Shown here: piece by piece, positions 50,155 through 63,280 of the stretch
Layout: each line of letters starts with the position of its first letter
How positions within the stretch are numbered: the stretch's first letter is position 1
Assembly: GCF_021028975.2 (NCBI RefSeq)
Contig: NC_059439.1
Coordinates: 32,054,001-32,118,000 of the forward strand
Length of the DNA stretch: 64,000 bases
From: Sphaerodactylus townsendi
Lineage: Eukaryota
Reading direction: 5' to 3'
The notes under the pieces: model-generated
Told to the model about the DNA's origin: nothing
The model's input: the letters and a program-made list of their open reading frames with translations, nothing else
Database searches by the model: none
Position numbers and translations under genes: made by a program

Positions 50155-51100
50155 CAAATCCAAATCCAAATCCAAAAACCTTTATTAGGCATAAAACCAG
50201 TGCCAAGAATTTCAAATACAATAAAAGTCGGGCCGCTCAGCTTGCAATTTTTTGAGCAAAAAAACATAACAGCTTCCAGATATTTCCACACCTAAGAGCT
50301 ATTTTAGAAGCTTAGCCATTTTTGTTTTATCAGAGAGGAGCATAAATCCTGTTGGTAACACAGTTCTCAAATTGGTTCTGATGTTGTTGTACTTTGAACA
50401 ATGGAGCAGAATATGAGGAAGTGTTACAGTTGTATCAGGACAGAATTGACAGCGACAGCTCATCTTGTGGAATACCAGAGAATGCGACCTTGAAGATGTG
50501 CTGTGGCGGAAGAATTACACCTTGCTTTCTGGGTCATGACATCTGCTATTGTAATTAATAAGTTGTTGCAGATATATATAGCAGGGCTGAATTTTTCTGA
50601 GGATAATCCCAAAAGACTATTGGAGAGCAAAAGAGCATTATGCTTTGCTCAGGAGAAGTGGTACTCTTGATCAAATAATCTAGACTTTAGCGATGGTAAG
50701 TCTCGGGCGGTGAGCATTCAACCAGGGCCTCCCAAGCCCAAGGAAAGATCTTTTTCAATATGCCCAGCCACCATTTGAAAGCTGAAGCTCTCTCATTTCT
50801 AACTGGGACAAACTGTTAGGGTCAGTGCAAAAAACAAAGGCATGCCAAAACTTAAAAGTTACAACCCATGTCCTTGTTTCTAATAAATGTTGCCCTGATT
50901 CCAAACAAGAACACCATAGGGGACACAATGCGGGGTGCCAAAAGATCTTATAAAGGAAATTGGATTGGATGCTTTCCAATTTCTGGTGCCATGCTTGGAT
51001 CCAGATGGGGATACCATACAAAAGGTGCTGGGCCACCTTAGCGTTAAACACCTTCAACGCTGCTGGTATGAATCTACCACCATTGATGTTAAAAAACTTC
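50155..51100 (-). mobile_element. LINE 3' fragment, same subfamily as the VKORC1-intron LINE, indel-rich
   Basis: Reverse complement closely follows 30450-31365; (GGATTT)n tail. Confidence 0.85.
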
Positions 51101-53069
51101 AGGGCAGTCTGGGTGGGTCCCTGCAGCCCTCCAGAGCGACTCTGGACAGGCAGGTCAGTGGAGATGATGGACCAGATGCGGCTTCATGCAGAGCCGCCTC
51201 TCCGGTGTGGCAGATCTGCGGGGCTGCTCGCATGCTGCTGTGCGAGCAGTCCCTGAGCTTCCACCGGCATAATCATTTAATGCCGGTGGAGGTGAACTTC
51301 CATTACGTCTGGGGAAACAGCCAGAGAGCTGATGCTAGATGGAAAACTTTGCTTTATTTCATACTGCATAAGTGGCCAGAGAATTAAGCATAGCTGCACA
51401 ACGAAAGCATGGGTGAAGTCAGAATTCAGTGATTATCTTCTGTTGACTTTGCATTTGAAGGCCGAAGATGTAATGAGGGGAATCGTACACTTGGTTTTTT
51501 AAAAAGAAATTATAATAAAGGGCATGCACAGGGGAAAGCGAGATACAAAATCTCTGCTGGATTAAAGCTCGAAGAAACAAAAAATTAAAAGGCAAAGCCC
51601 AGAGAAAACAAGTCTAAGCAGTACTGGCGGAAAGCGAAAGGAGGGAGTCTCAGGAATGATACTGCCCTTTTGCCAGAAGGCCTGGAAAGAAAACCGCCAG
51701 TGCCTGGGTCAGATCGTTGGCTCTAGGGAAATAACCGCAGTTCCTCCAACGGCTTCACAGTGGAGCATTCAGGAGATGGGCCAAAGATATACAAACAAGA
51801 ACCTCTGATCTTATTTGAAGGTTCTGAGGAAGAGAAAAAAAAAATCAGGGGACTCAAAGCAGCGACCATTTGTTTTAAGACGGCAATTAGGCATTAGGAG
51901 GTTAAGAGCTCATGTATCTAATCTGGGAGAGGAACGGTTTTGATTCCCAGCTCTGCCACCTGAGCTGTGGAGGTTTATCTGGGAATTCAGATTAGCCTGT
52001 ACACACTCCCATCGCCAACTGGGTGACCTTGGGGTCGTCACAATTCTTCTGAGCTCTCTCAGTCCCACCCACCTCACAGGGTGTTTGTTGTGTGAGGGAA
52101 GGGCAAGAGAATTGTCAGCCTTTGAGTCTCCTGCAGGAGAGAAGGGGATAAATCAAACTCTAAGAAGAAGCAGCAGCAGCAGCAGCAGCAGCAGCATTTA
52201 TTGTCATTGTGCACGCACAACGAAATTTTTCAAGCATTCCCCAATGCACACTATTTCGAAGAACCTCACACCCCATCCTCAAATTCACCTTCACTCACCC
52301 ATCCCTACACACACAGCCCACGAAACACATCAACACGAAACCATGGAGTTCAGCATAGCCACAGCTGTAGAATAGAAGCTATCTCTAAGCCTATTTGTCC
52401 TTGTTTTTATAATCCTATATCAGTGGTGGTGAACCTTTGGCACTCCAGATGTTACGGACTACAATTCCCATCAGCCAATTGGCCATGCTGGCAGGGGCTG
52501 ATGGGAACTGTAGTCCATAACATCTAAGGTGCCAAGTTACCTCGATCTATCAGTGATGCGAACCTTTAGCTCAGATGTTATGGGACTACAATTCCATCAG
52601 CCCCTTCCAGCATGGCCAATTGGCCATGCTGGCGAAAGGCTGTCTAAAGGCTTTAGCATCCCCTTAACATCTGGAGTGCCAAATTATATTAATCCTATAT
52701 TGTGGTCCTGTCTCGTCTCCCAGATGGTAACAGTTCAAGGCATGGGATGAGATGGGTCCTTCAGAATATTCTGAAGTTTCTTTAGGCGGGAATTATAAAG
52801 TTCTTCAAGGAGGGCGTAATAACCCTCTGGGCGGTAGTATTAGTACCCTGGAGCACCTTCCTATCTGCCACTGTGCAACTGTCGTTGAATTGCTGTACAT
52901 TAGCAACTGTGCATTAATTGCTACCCGGTAGGAAAGCGGCTCAGCATAAAGTTATTTAGGCGGCTGGTAAACCGTGCTGTTGTTGCAGGGGATGGAATGA
53001 GGAAGACTTGATATAGGCCAGCGCTGGCCAGCAGTACTATGCTCTTCAAAATTTCATAAACTGGCAGCG

Positions 53070-53800
53070 ATGAGTATTTCAGGTAACGTTAATTACTGGC
53101 ATGTTCACCGAGAACTGTTTAGTTCTATTAGTCGCCGGGTTTTATTTGAAGCCATTGATGCAGCCAGTGCTTTTAGTGAAGGGGAGCTCAAACTGCCCAA
53201 GGAGGCTGCTGATGCAGTTCTACAAGAGGAATCATTGAGTCTGTTATCTGCTCTATAACTGTGTGGTTTGGTTCTGCAGCCCGGCAAAGTCGACACGGAG
53301 CTTCAGAGATAATCAGAACTGCAGAAAAACAATTGCTGCTAACCTGCCTTCCATTGAGGACCTGTATGCCGCGGGTCAAAAGGGCTGTGAAATATTTACT
53401 GACCCCTGCATCCTGGACATAAACTGGAGCAGCTCCTTACCCTCTAAGCATTATTTTAGAGTATGCACCAAGACAATAGACGTAAAGGTAGTTTTTCGAA
53501 TGCCATCACTCTGTTAAACAAATAATTCCCTCGATAATGTCAAACTATTTGTGCCATATTTGGCCATAATTGCTTGCTACTTTTTTTCGTAATTTCCTAT
53601 TACCCATCTCCTCCCAATTATGACTGTATGACTATGGCCTGTTAGCGACATTTCGTTTTATTTTATGATGTTACATTCACAATGTTTTTTATTACTACTG
53701 ATTGCTTACTAGACCTATACTTAGGCGATAGGTAGAGATTAACGTACCTTATGATTCTTGACAAATGTATTTTTTTCTTTTTTAGCTACCTGAGGCATGT
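53070..53800 (+). mobile_element. Rex1/Babar-like LINE 3' fragment, degraded
   Basis: KLPKE…QFY…IIES…TVWFGS-like translation; an inverted related piece lies near 52200-52900. Confidence 0.5.
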
Positions 53801-54858
53801 AGGAGACGAGTATTAGTGTCCAATCACANNNNNNNNNNNNNNNNNNNNNNNNNNNNNNNNNNNNNNNNNNNNNNNNNNNNNNNNNNNNNNNNNNNNNNNN
53901 NNNNNNNNNNNNNNNNNNNNNNNNNNNNNNNNNNNNNNNNNNNNNNNNNNNNNNNNTGGGCCACATAATTTTAGATTACTTTTTTTTTTACACACACATT
54001 CTAATGGATTTTAACATGATCTGCAGCCTGCCTTCCACTTAACAGCTTTTATTTGTGGCATTTTGTTTAAATCACTTTAAACTGTTTTATTTGGGTGATA
54101 TTTGGGTGACATTTGGGTGACAGCTGGGATAAAAAACATTCAAAATTAGTTCATGTTCCTCTGATTCAAGGCGTCTTAATCACGTTATTCTGGCAAAATT
54201 ACAGAACATATGGCGGCTTTTTCTTTGGACTACCGCGTTTCAGTCTCTCAGCCTTAACATTGGCTGGACAGCACCGGTGCCACCGAATGATAGGCACAGC
54301 AGTAGGCAGTTATGTTTTGAATTAGACGGTGGGGCTTTCCCCACTGACAGAGATTTGAACTGGTTTGCACTGCGGTTCACCTCAGTGAATCCCACTGCCA
54401 CCGAGCTCCAGCATTGTTTGTCTCGATTCCCCACCCTCAGAGACACAGCTGACATCGCTTGTGGCGGTTATGAATACTTTCTGCGGAACAAAGTCGATAC
54501 CGGCCGAAGTGGGGAAACATCGAAGCGACACCTCATCCGTTCAACCAATCGAGCAGCATCGCCAGAAGCAGAATTAGGTAAGCGGAGCAGAAAAGCGCAT
54601 GTAACTGTAAACTGTAAAACTGTAAAACGCTCCTGTTTCCAGCTGCGGCACACAGGGTGCCAATCCCTGCGATCGAGGAAGCCGAAATAGGCACCAAAGA
54701 CCGATCCTGCCGCTTAAAGCTCAGACTCCGGGGGGGCCAACTCAGTTGCTGTGGGGACGGCCAGCCGCAGGAATATTTTCACTGAAGGGGACGAATTCGA
54801 TATGGCTCCCTTCTGTAGTGGGGAAAGCCTCATAGACTGCTGTTTTGTTCTGTTTCAG

Positions 54859-54979
54859 ATATTGACGAATGCTTGCAGAATGGCCGGATATGCAACAATG
54901 GCCGATGCGTGAACACAGATGGCAGTTTCCACTGCGTTTGCAATGCTGGCTTCCATGTCGCGACGGAAACTGTAGCCGA
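54859..54979 (+). CDS. FBN1: FBN1 cbEGF exon (classical exon 13), 3' end garbled
   Basis: [34 protein letters not shown], then deletions in the expected RDGKNCE tail. Confidence 0.9.
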
Positions 54980-57900
54980 GTCAGGCTCCCCTGCTCCTTT
55001 ATTCATGCCTTCCCACCCGCTTGTACCTTTGTGGGAACGAGTGTGTTTGTTCCTCAGTATGATTTGCTAGCCAAGGTCACAGCTGTTCCATAAGACCCAA
55101 AATATTGTTTAGTAACCGGCATCTGAATTCCATCTTCGATCTCAGGTAGAACCCCTCCCAACATTCTTCCATACAATAAAGATCCAAGAAAGGGCTGCCT
55201 ACTAAATCATGGTTAGATTTGCTTCTTGGGGGAATGGTCCATGGTTAGGAAGAGGTAGAGTCCTAGTTGGTCCAGATTATGAAAATCTGGCAGCTTTTAT
55301 AGATGGCCTGGGAGAGCAAGGACTGTAGTAAAATGGCCACTTGGCTTGCAGAAGGTCCCAGGGTTTGGCCCCACTCCTGTTTAATCTTGGCCGAAAGCAA
55401 GATGGTGTGAAAGTCTCAGTGATCAATAATGAGTAGATCAGTGGTCACGGCTCGGTATGAAAGCAACTTCATATTGCCCATGCATGGTAGCAGTGGTTAG
55501 GCAGGTTACTCTAATCAGGAACAGGGCAGGTCCCATTTCTGCCACTTGACTGTGACTTATCACGGGGGAACCAGATTAGCTTGTGCACCTTAACACATGC
55601 CAGCTGGGTGACCGGGCTGAATCACAGTTCTTCGGGCTTTCTCAGCTCCACCCACCTCACAGGGTGTTGGTTGTGGGGGCGGGAAGGGGTGTAAGCTCCT
55701 TTGAGTTTCCTTATAGGAGGGAGATATAACTCCTNNNNNNNNNNNNNNNNNNNNNNNNNNNNNNNNNNNNNNNNNNNNNNNNNNNNNNNNNNNNNNNNNN
55801 NNNNNNNNNNNNNNNNNNNNNNNNNNNNNNNNNNNNNNNNNNNNNNNNNNNNNNNNNNNNNNNNNNNNNNNNNNNNNNNNNNNNNNNNNNNNNNNNNNNN
55901 NNNNNNNNNNNNNNNNNNNNNNNNNNNNNNNNNNNNNNNNNNNNNNNNNNNNNNNNNNNNNNNNNNNNNNNNNNNNNNNNCGCTGACCTGCTCTGACTTA
56001 CTGTTTTTTAGCAGACATTCCTTTCAGCAATAATTGAGCTTCCTTGCAGTTCCCATCTTTGGTCAATTAAGGGTCAGGGGTGTCGCACAGGATGCAATTT
56101 CCACCATCGTGGTTGTCAAACACAGTAGCCGTTGTCATCAATTGCGAGGAGTCCTGTTTATAATGGGCAATGTATCATTTCACAGAAACCGTGTAGTAAC
56201 TTATATCTGAAGACTGCGGTTTATAATCATAGAGGCAGTATGTGCAGAAACTGTTCTAGTTGCATATTTACATCCTGAATTCCTGGTTTTGTTGTATGTT
56301 AACAACATCCCCGAGCAGGGATCATATTACCTTCAATGGCGATACCAAAAAATTGTGTCTCTTTGATAAAATGCGGCATAAGTTGATTCCTTCTTACTTC
56401 CTGAACCTCTTAGCCTTTCAAAGTGAGGGGAACAGTGAGAGTGCTCTGTTACCATATTTCCCAAAGTCCTTGGGAAGGTTTCCTGTAGATCGCTCCTTGA
56501 TAAAAATTCAGGTGCTGGTCACAGAAGCGGTTTTGAGAATGCTATCTCCAGTGATTCAACCCGAAGATTTAATGCAAAATTCCTATTTGGGATAGATAAA
56601 CATTTTCTAAATCATAAATTATTTTTTTGTCTGGCTAAAGAATGCAAGTTGAAATAAAACAGGCCATGTCTAGAAGAGCCGTTTCGCGGCTCCTGTACCC
56701 ATTTCACGGTTTGTCAAGGTAGCTATCAAAATAAACATATCGTATTTATCTGGAAACCTGACTTGCTTGCGCTGCGTTTGAATTCCTTTTCCCCCTCCAC
56801 CCCAGACCAGATCCCCATGTGGTAACAGTAATAAGAAGCAGTACAGCGGTACAGAAGACGATCTGCTAAAACATTTTCGTTCCATTGGCGCGAAACGTGC
56901 GGCGTATGCGTACATCAGCTTTGAAATGTTGCCTGTTACCATAACAGCCGGATTTCATATAAGATTCAAGCTGCGTATTGCTAGCGTAAAGGCGATGCTG
57001 AAAAGCGAGAATGAAAGACAGTAGGAGTTAAGCTTTATATGACCCCCAAATGTGTCCTTCTTTTTTGAACTTTTTTCCCCTGCTGCCCAATTAAGTTAAT
57101 AACTGCAGAAGATTAATTTTAAAGGTGCGTTGGGCGGGGTAGGAGACCTTTAACACTCAAAGAGCCATTTGGACCCGTTTTACACAGAAAAAACACTTGG
57201 AGCCACAAATAATTTTTGACATTTAAAAATAAAGGTAACACTATATATGGGGTTTTTTACCTTTTACTCCGCTCATTCTAAGAAAGCGCATGGATGTGCC
57301 AGCCCTGCTGCCTGTAAAGAGGGCAAAAGGGATAAAGAACGGAATTGGCTCATTTCGTGGAATTACACAGTGCAAAAGAACGAAGAGCCGCTAATAAAAC
57401 AACCAGGCGGTGGTTTCCCTACCCTGGAGCTAAGACGTGAAATGCTCGTAGCATAGCCTCCAGTTCTTCTGAAAGATTTACATGGGAGTTAAGCATCGAA
57501 TTTGGTAAGTGGCTTTCTGGCGGTAGGAGTGAAGCAAGTAAACTGCGGTAATTAATTCATATCCAGTCAGGGCAAGCGATGCGGTGTCGAAGAGCGCGCC
57601 GAGTTAACTCCATTGAGTAGACTTTAAGACGGTGATGAACCTATGGCACAGGTGCGGGCGCAGGCCTCTCTGTGGGCGCACCGCACAAGGAGTTAGATCG
57701 TAATGAGCGGAAAATCCACACACACACCACGCTTCTAGGCTGGCCTGGGCCGCTGAAAGGCACAATGATGCGCAGCGGTGAGCAGGAAGGACTTGGCTGG
57801 CGGGCCTGGTGCCTGTGCTCAGTTGGCTGCTACCAGGGGAGGCATGAAGGAGGCAGAGATGCTAGAGAGGCACAGGCCCGATTTATTACACAGGACTGCT

Positions 57901-60125
57901 GGAGGCTAAGAGCAGGCTGGCCCTGCTCGGGATCCTTCCCCCTCTGTAAGTCATCCACTCGCGAGACCAATCAGGGTGCTAACACAGACTCCCGTTTCAC
58001 ATCCGGATTAACTTCCTAGTGGTTGGTGTGGCCCCTCAATAAACTACGTGTTCTCTCTTTCTGGGTATAACTTTTGGTCTCTCTCTCAGAAATGGGAAAG
58101 AAGGATGTTAGAAACGCAGCTTTAAGATTCCTTAAAAGAACTTGGACAAATTTGATGAAAGCAGCAAAGTTTTATTGTTTTATAATACGTTTTTGCAAGA
58201 GCGAGCGTCTTAAAACAAATAGGCACACCCGAGAGCAATGAGCAGCATGATTAATTTCAGTTGTAACAAGCCTTTATTGGCATAAAATAAACATACAAAA
58301 TAAGCATACAAAATTTGCCCATTATTGCTCACAGTTATAGACGCTGGTACTAAAATATATACATGGTCCTTCTGTAACTATAGGACATTCCTTCAGCTAA
58401 GTTGACTCACTTAAACGTCATCGGATACTGACAGAAGCTAGAAAAATTACTGCTGGCTATATGTGGTCATAATACATAGACATTGATTGGTATTCATCTA
58501 GACTTACGTCTATTATCGTTAGCAGAAATTTTGCTACATTCTCGCACACTGTGGGATCCATGTTGTTCAAAAGCATAGGTATCTTAAGAGCATCGGTTAG
58601 ATTGTTATACAGAAATGGGATAAGTGCAGTCATAATATTCTGATTTTTGCAAACCTTTACAATAATGAAAGAGGGTATGATCGAGTGTCTCCACCTGACC
58701 CATATTGCATGGACATAGCCTCCTCTGTTTATCAATTTGTTGGTATCTGCCATAGAGCAGCATAGAAGGCATTAGATAGAATCTGGCCAGTATGTTAAGG
58801 CTCTTCTTAATTTAGGGTTGGTGATCCAATGTAAATAATTGCCCATGTGTCCTTGTTCAATTGGAATAAACAGGGTCAGGGGGGAACACATTTTCCTCAG
58901 CAGCCATTATCCATATCCCGATACTCTTGTTCCTTTGGGGGAGGCCCGGTATAAAGTGGAACAAATAAATAAATAAAATAAATAAATAAATAATAGCTTA
59001 GTTTTTTCAAGCTGCTATATGCTGCTATATGCTTTCAAGCAGCTATATGCTTCTGATAGGGAAAGAGGGACTAACGACTCTAATGAAAAGCCAAGAGCGT
59101 TGATTTTTCCCTCAACTAGTTTCAGCCACCTAGAATTTGCATAGTCAGAAAGCATGAGGTGTAGCAAACTGGAGTGATCCTGCAAATAGTGGATACGTAG
59201 CCACTAGCCAGTATCTGACAGTTCTCAGACAGGCCATTGTGGCATATGATATTTGCCCGAGTTCTAAACATAGGGCTGCATATGAAGCACAATTTGGTAA
59301 GCCCATAATTTTATGGAAAAAACGGGACTGGGCTGTGTTTATATTTTTGTTTATAGCTCCGATCCAAATTGGTGCTCCATAGAGGAGCTGAGAGCCGCAT
59401 TTAGCATTGAACACCTTCAATGCGGATGGTATATACTGGTGGCCCACAGTAAAAAAGAAACGCTGAATTGCTAGGGCACTGTTGTTAGCTGCAGCGAGTG
59501 CTAATTTCCTATGTACTGCCCAATTAAGGTTGCTGGTAAGAGTTATGCCCAAATATTTGAACTGGTTAACTTGTTCTATGGGTCTGTTATTGATGGTCCA
59601 TGTATGACTAGGGGGTCTTCTAGCGAAGACCATTATTTTGGTTTTTTCATAGTTAATTACCAGTTCGTTCTTCTTACAATATTCAGCACAGCAATTTAAG
59701 AGACGAGTGAGACCAACTTTAGTGTGGGAAAGAAGAACGGTGTCGTCAGCATAAAGTAACGCGGGCACGTGTTTAGCGCTTAGTCTGGGAACATGCCCAT
59801 TGGCCTTCTGGAGGGTTGGCACTAGATCACTAAGGAATATATTGAACAAAGTGGGGGCCAATGTACAGCCTTGTTTGACCCCTCTGGTTGTGATGATATT
59901 TTCTGTGAGCGGTCCTTTTGTTGCGGCTCTTATTCTACAGCTAGTGCAAGTGTATAGCTGTTTTATGAGAAACAGTAGTCTGGGGTCGATATGTAACGCC
60001 ATCAATTTTCTCCACAGTAGGGCTCTAGATATGGAGTCAAATGCCCCTTTTAAATCCAGGAAAGCTGCAAAAAGTTTACGGTTATTATGAGTTATACTTT
60101 TGTTAGCTAAGTGTGCTAAAACTGT

Positions 60126-60256
60126 ATTGTCGAAGGCTTTCACGGCCGGAATCACTTGGGTGCTGTGTGGTTTCCGGGCTGTATGGCCGTGTTCTAGCAG
60201 CATTCTCTCCTGACGTTTCGCCTGCATCTGTGGCTGGCATCTTCAGAGGATCAAAC
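60126..60256 (-). mobile_element. Penelope-like element terminal fragment with hammerhead motif, inserted in a LINE
   Basis: cctctgaagatgccagccacagatgcaggcgaaacgtcagga…gaaagccttcgacaat; 14-bp flanking duplication tgtgctaaaactgt. Copies near 12170-12290, 25715-25810 and 43930-44075. Confidence 0.75.
60208..60250 (-). ncRNA. Minimal type I hammerhead ribozyme motif
   Basis: UCCU-CUGAAGA-U-GCCAGC(CACAGAU)GCAGGC-GAA-ACGU-C-AGGA: stem I UCCU/AGGA, conserved core, stem II, palindromic ACGU stem III, GUC cleavage triplet. Confidence 0.7.
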
Positions 60257-60966
60257 TGTGCTAAAACTGTTACATGATCCAGTGTTGATTTATTTTTAGT
60301 GAATCCAATTTGCTCTGGTCCTATTACTTCAGCTTGCTTGACCCAATCTTCCACTCTCCTAAGGAGTAGTTTTGCATATAGTTTGCCAATTACAGATAAT
60401 AGGCTTATAGGACGATAGTTTGAAGGATTAGTAATATCACCCTTTTTGTAGATTGGGACAACTATAGACGCCAGCCACATCTTTGGGATGCGGCCCGTGT
60501 TATGCGGCCCAGCAGCATGAGTATATTTCTTTCCACCCCGCCAGGTCTTCCCTCCCTCCATTCCCCATTGGTCAGGCATTAGGAGGTTTACAGACTATTC
60601 AATTTGCCTAAACATATTACGTGAGTCTCTGCCCCTAATTGTATCTCCCGCCCCTTTAATTCTGGAGACCCAGGACTGTATTTACAATTTCCCATATATG
60701 ACTGTAACTTGCAGATAGCAACAGATTCCTGTAACTATAAAAAACCATCAGTTATCTGGTATCCAATTCTTTGGAAGGTTAGCATGTAGTAAGTCTTACT
60801 TGTCCCACTTCCCCCTTGTAGCAAGCTTTATGTTATATAATAGCTTATCTTATCTGCTTCATTACTTTCTTAACATGTTTTGTGGTCTAACTGAAACCTC
60901 TTGCAATGCTAAGTTATAGGTGCAAAGTCTTTAAATTTTTGATTAGCTGCATATAAGCTCCTATGC

Positions 60967-61478
60967 CAGTGATGGAGAACCTTTTTGAGACCGAGTGCCC
61001 AAATTGCAACCCCAAAACCACTTATTTATCACAAAGTGCCAACACTGCAATTTATCCTGAATACTGAGGTTTTACTTTAGAAAAAACAGTTGGCTCCAAG
61101 GTGTGCGTTACTTGGGAGTAAGCTTGGTGGCAGTCAGTGGCTTTGCTTTGAAGCAACCGTACAACTCTTCCAACGGGTGAATCATGACCCTAGGAGGGTT
61201 TACTCAGAAGCAAGCCCCATTGCCAGCAAACAAGCTCACTCCCAGGTAAAGGATTGTGCTTTAATACTTTGCATGAAAATCAGTGGGGTTTAACAGCACT
61301 TAACAGGGTTACCTACACTGCTTCCCCAAAACTAGGTCTTAGGTTTAATGCTAATAATCGAGCCCAGCGGCCCAGGCCAGCCTAGATGTTGGGGGGGGGG
61401 GCACATTGTTTTTGCGTGCCCACCGAGAGGGCTCTGAGTGCCACCTCTGGCACCCGTGCCATAGATTCGCCACCACTG
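60967..61478 (-). mobile_element. hAT-type MITE
   Basis: Reverse copy of the same family; flanks tcctatgc-like on both sides. Confidence 0.8.
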
Positions 61479-62987
61479 TCCTATGCAGTTTAAAGTCTCC
61501 TACTTAAGCAAGCTTCAATTTACAACCCTTAACAATCTTCCCCCAGCAATAGTTTTATAGCCTGTAATGAAAGTTTCTAAACTTTGGATGATTATAAGGC
61601 TAGAATTCTGAAAAAGCAACCTTTTCTTATTTATTACAGTGGAGGAGCCCCCTATACAACAGTTCCCCAATGCTGACCTGAGTTTCTACTCACATAGTTG
61701 CAGACAAGGAATTTTCCTATCCTGTTTCTGACCTCTGAGCGGATCTAGAGGTGATGATAAAAGGCCAAAAATAAGTGTGCTAATGAGGCAAACCAAACAT
61801 CAGTATTATGCAAAAAAGGACAGGGGGAGTAAACTGGGATTGTAGTTCATAGTGAAATCTCACATGAAGGGGAAAAAAGACACCCAAGTTGCATCAGTAT
61901 GAACCCAAAATGCAAGTATAGCTCAGAATTAACAAGGTTCTTCCAGGGTCAAATGCAGAAGAGGTCAGCCACCAGTCCTTCCTTCTTGCAGTTGTCTTCC
62001 CTGCTGTCAGAATTTATACTACAAGCTCCTTGGGGCAGAAATCTGCCTTATTCGTTTATACTACACTGAAAAATACTTTGGGTACTGATAGGACCTGAAG
62101 AAACCCAGCCAGGGAGAGGCGCCTCAGACAGCTTATTCCCCACACAATTGTCAGAAATTTTAAAATGGAAGAAGAAGAGGAGGAGGAGTTTGGATTTATC
62201 CCCCCTTTCTCTCCTGTAAAGATACTCAAAGGGGCTTACACTCTCCTTTCCCTTCCGCCCCCTCACAACAAACACACTGTGAGGTGGGTGGGCCTGAGAG
62301 AGCTCAGAAGAGCTGTGACTAGCCCAAGGTCACCCAGCTGGCATGTGTTGGAGTCCAGATTAGAGTGCACCTGCTCTTAACCACTGCACCACACTGGGAG
62401 AAAGGTGCAGGCGGATTGTGAGATCAAGCAGGAGAATTAAGACATCTCTAAAGAGTTGTGTTCTGCACAGAACAGCGGGAGACGTCTTGAGGACGACTTG
62501 GCCAAAAACAGTCTGCTATGAAGTGTCCTTCAAAACAGACGACTTGATTGGAAATAAGGTGCCCTGAGGACATCTTGGGGAAAAGGCTGTGTGGAATGCC
62601 TTCTCAATATGCCCTTTTTTGCATCCTCAGGATGTCTTTTTTGGGCTTTGTGGAATTAAATGGCTCAGAGCCAGCACCAAGAACAAACACAGAGTTTGAT
62701 AATCCTGGTTCACAATCTTTACTTCTCTCCACCCCCATGCTAACACCAAACACCATTCTGTTCCTAAAAGAGGATGGAATTGATACAATTTACAGTCCAA
62801 TCCTAGGCTTGTTTGAAGCCCTCTGACTTCAGACTTGTACTGGGAGAGGGCTGGTCAACCTCTGGGTGGTGACTGGAGATCTTCTGCTGTTACAATTGAT
62901 GACACGGATCAGTTCACTGGGAGAAAATGGCAGTTTTGGAGGTTGGACTCCGTGCATACTACTTACTGAACTACATCCCAAACTCAC

Positions 62988-63280
62988 CATTTCCTGGAGG
63001 CCACAGATCTGGAGGCAGATCTGGAAAGCGGCTCCTGATGCCTTCTAGGAACTGGAAGCAGGTCTTTTCCCCTTTCAACTGGACTCTGACCAAGAGTTTG
63101 CGGACCTTCTCCTCTGGGTCCAAAAGTTCATTTAAGGCAACATAATCACCCCCTGAGATAATGCCCTGGGCCACTGCATCATTCAAGATGTCATCAGGCG
63201 CTCTTTGTAGGAAGTTGATGAGCTTCTCGCAGCCCCTCAGGATTGTCTCGCGGGCCATGGGTGGGGGCCGAGACAACTGC
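62988..63280 (-). CDS. CARD-domain exon, CARD6-like
   Basis: ATG at 63258 gives MARETILRGCEKLINFLQRAPDDILNDAVAQGIISGGDYVALNELLDPEEKVRKLLVRVQLKGEKTCFQFL, resembling the CARD6 CARD (…DPDSILD…RKLLILVQKKGEATCQHFL, from memory). Acceptor tttcacaag, phase-1 donor G|gtgagt. Confidence 0.85.

Larger units (their letters stand above)
58265..60500 (-). mobile_element. Non-LTR retrotransposon (RTE-X-like) RT fragment
   Basis: ORFs with PIYKKGD…NYRPISLL, GVKQGCTLAP and YADD; 3' atgccaataaagg end near 58270. Confidence 0.85.
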
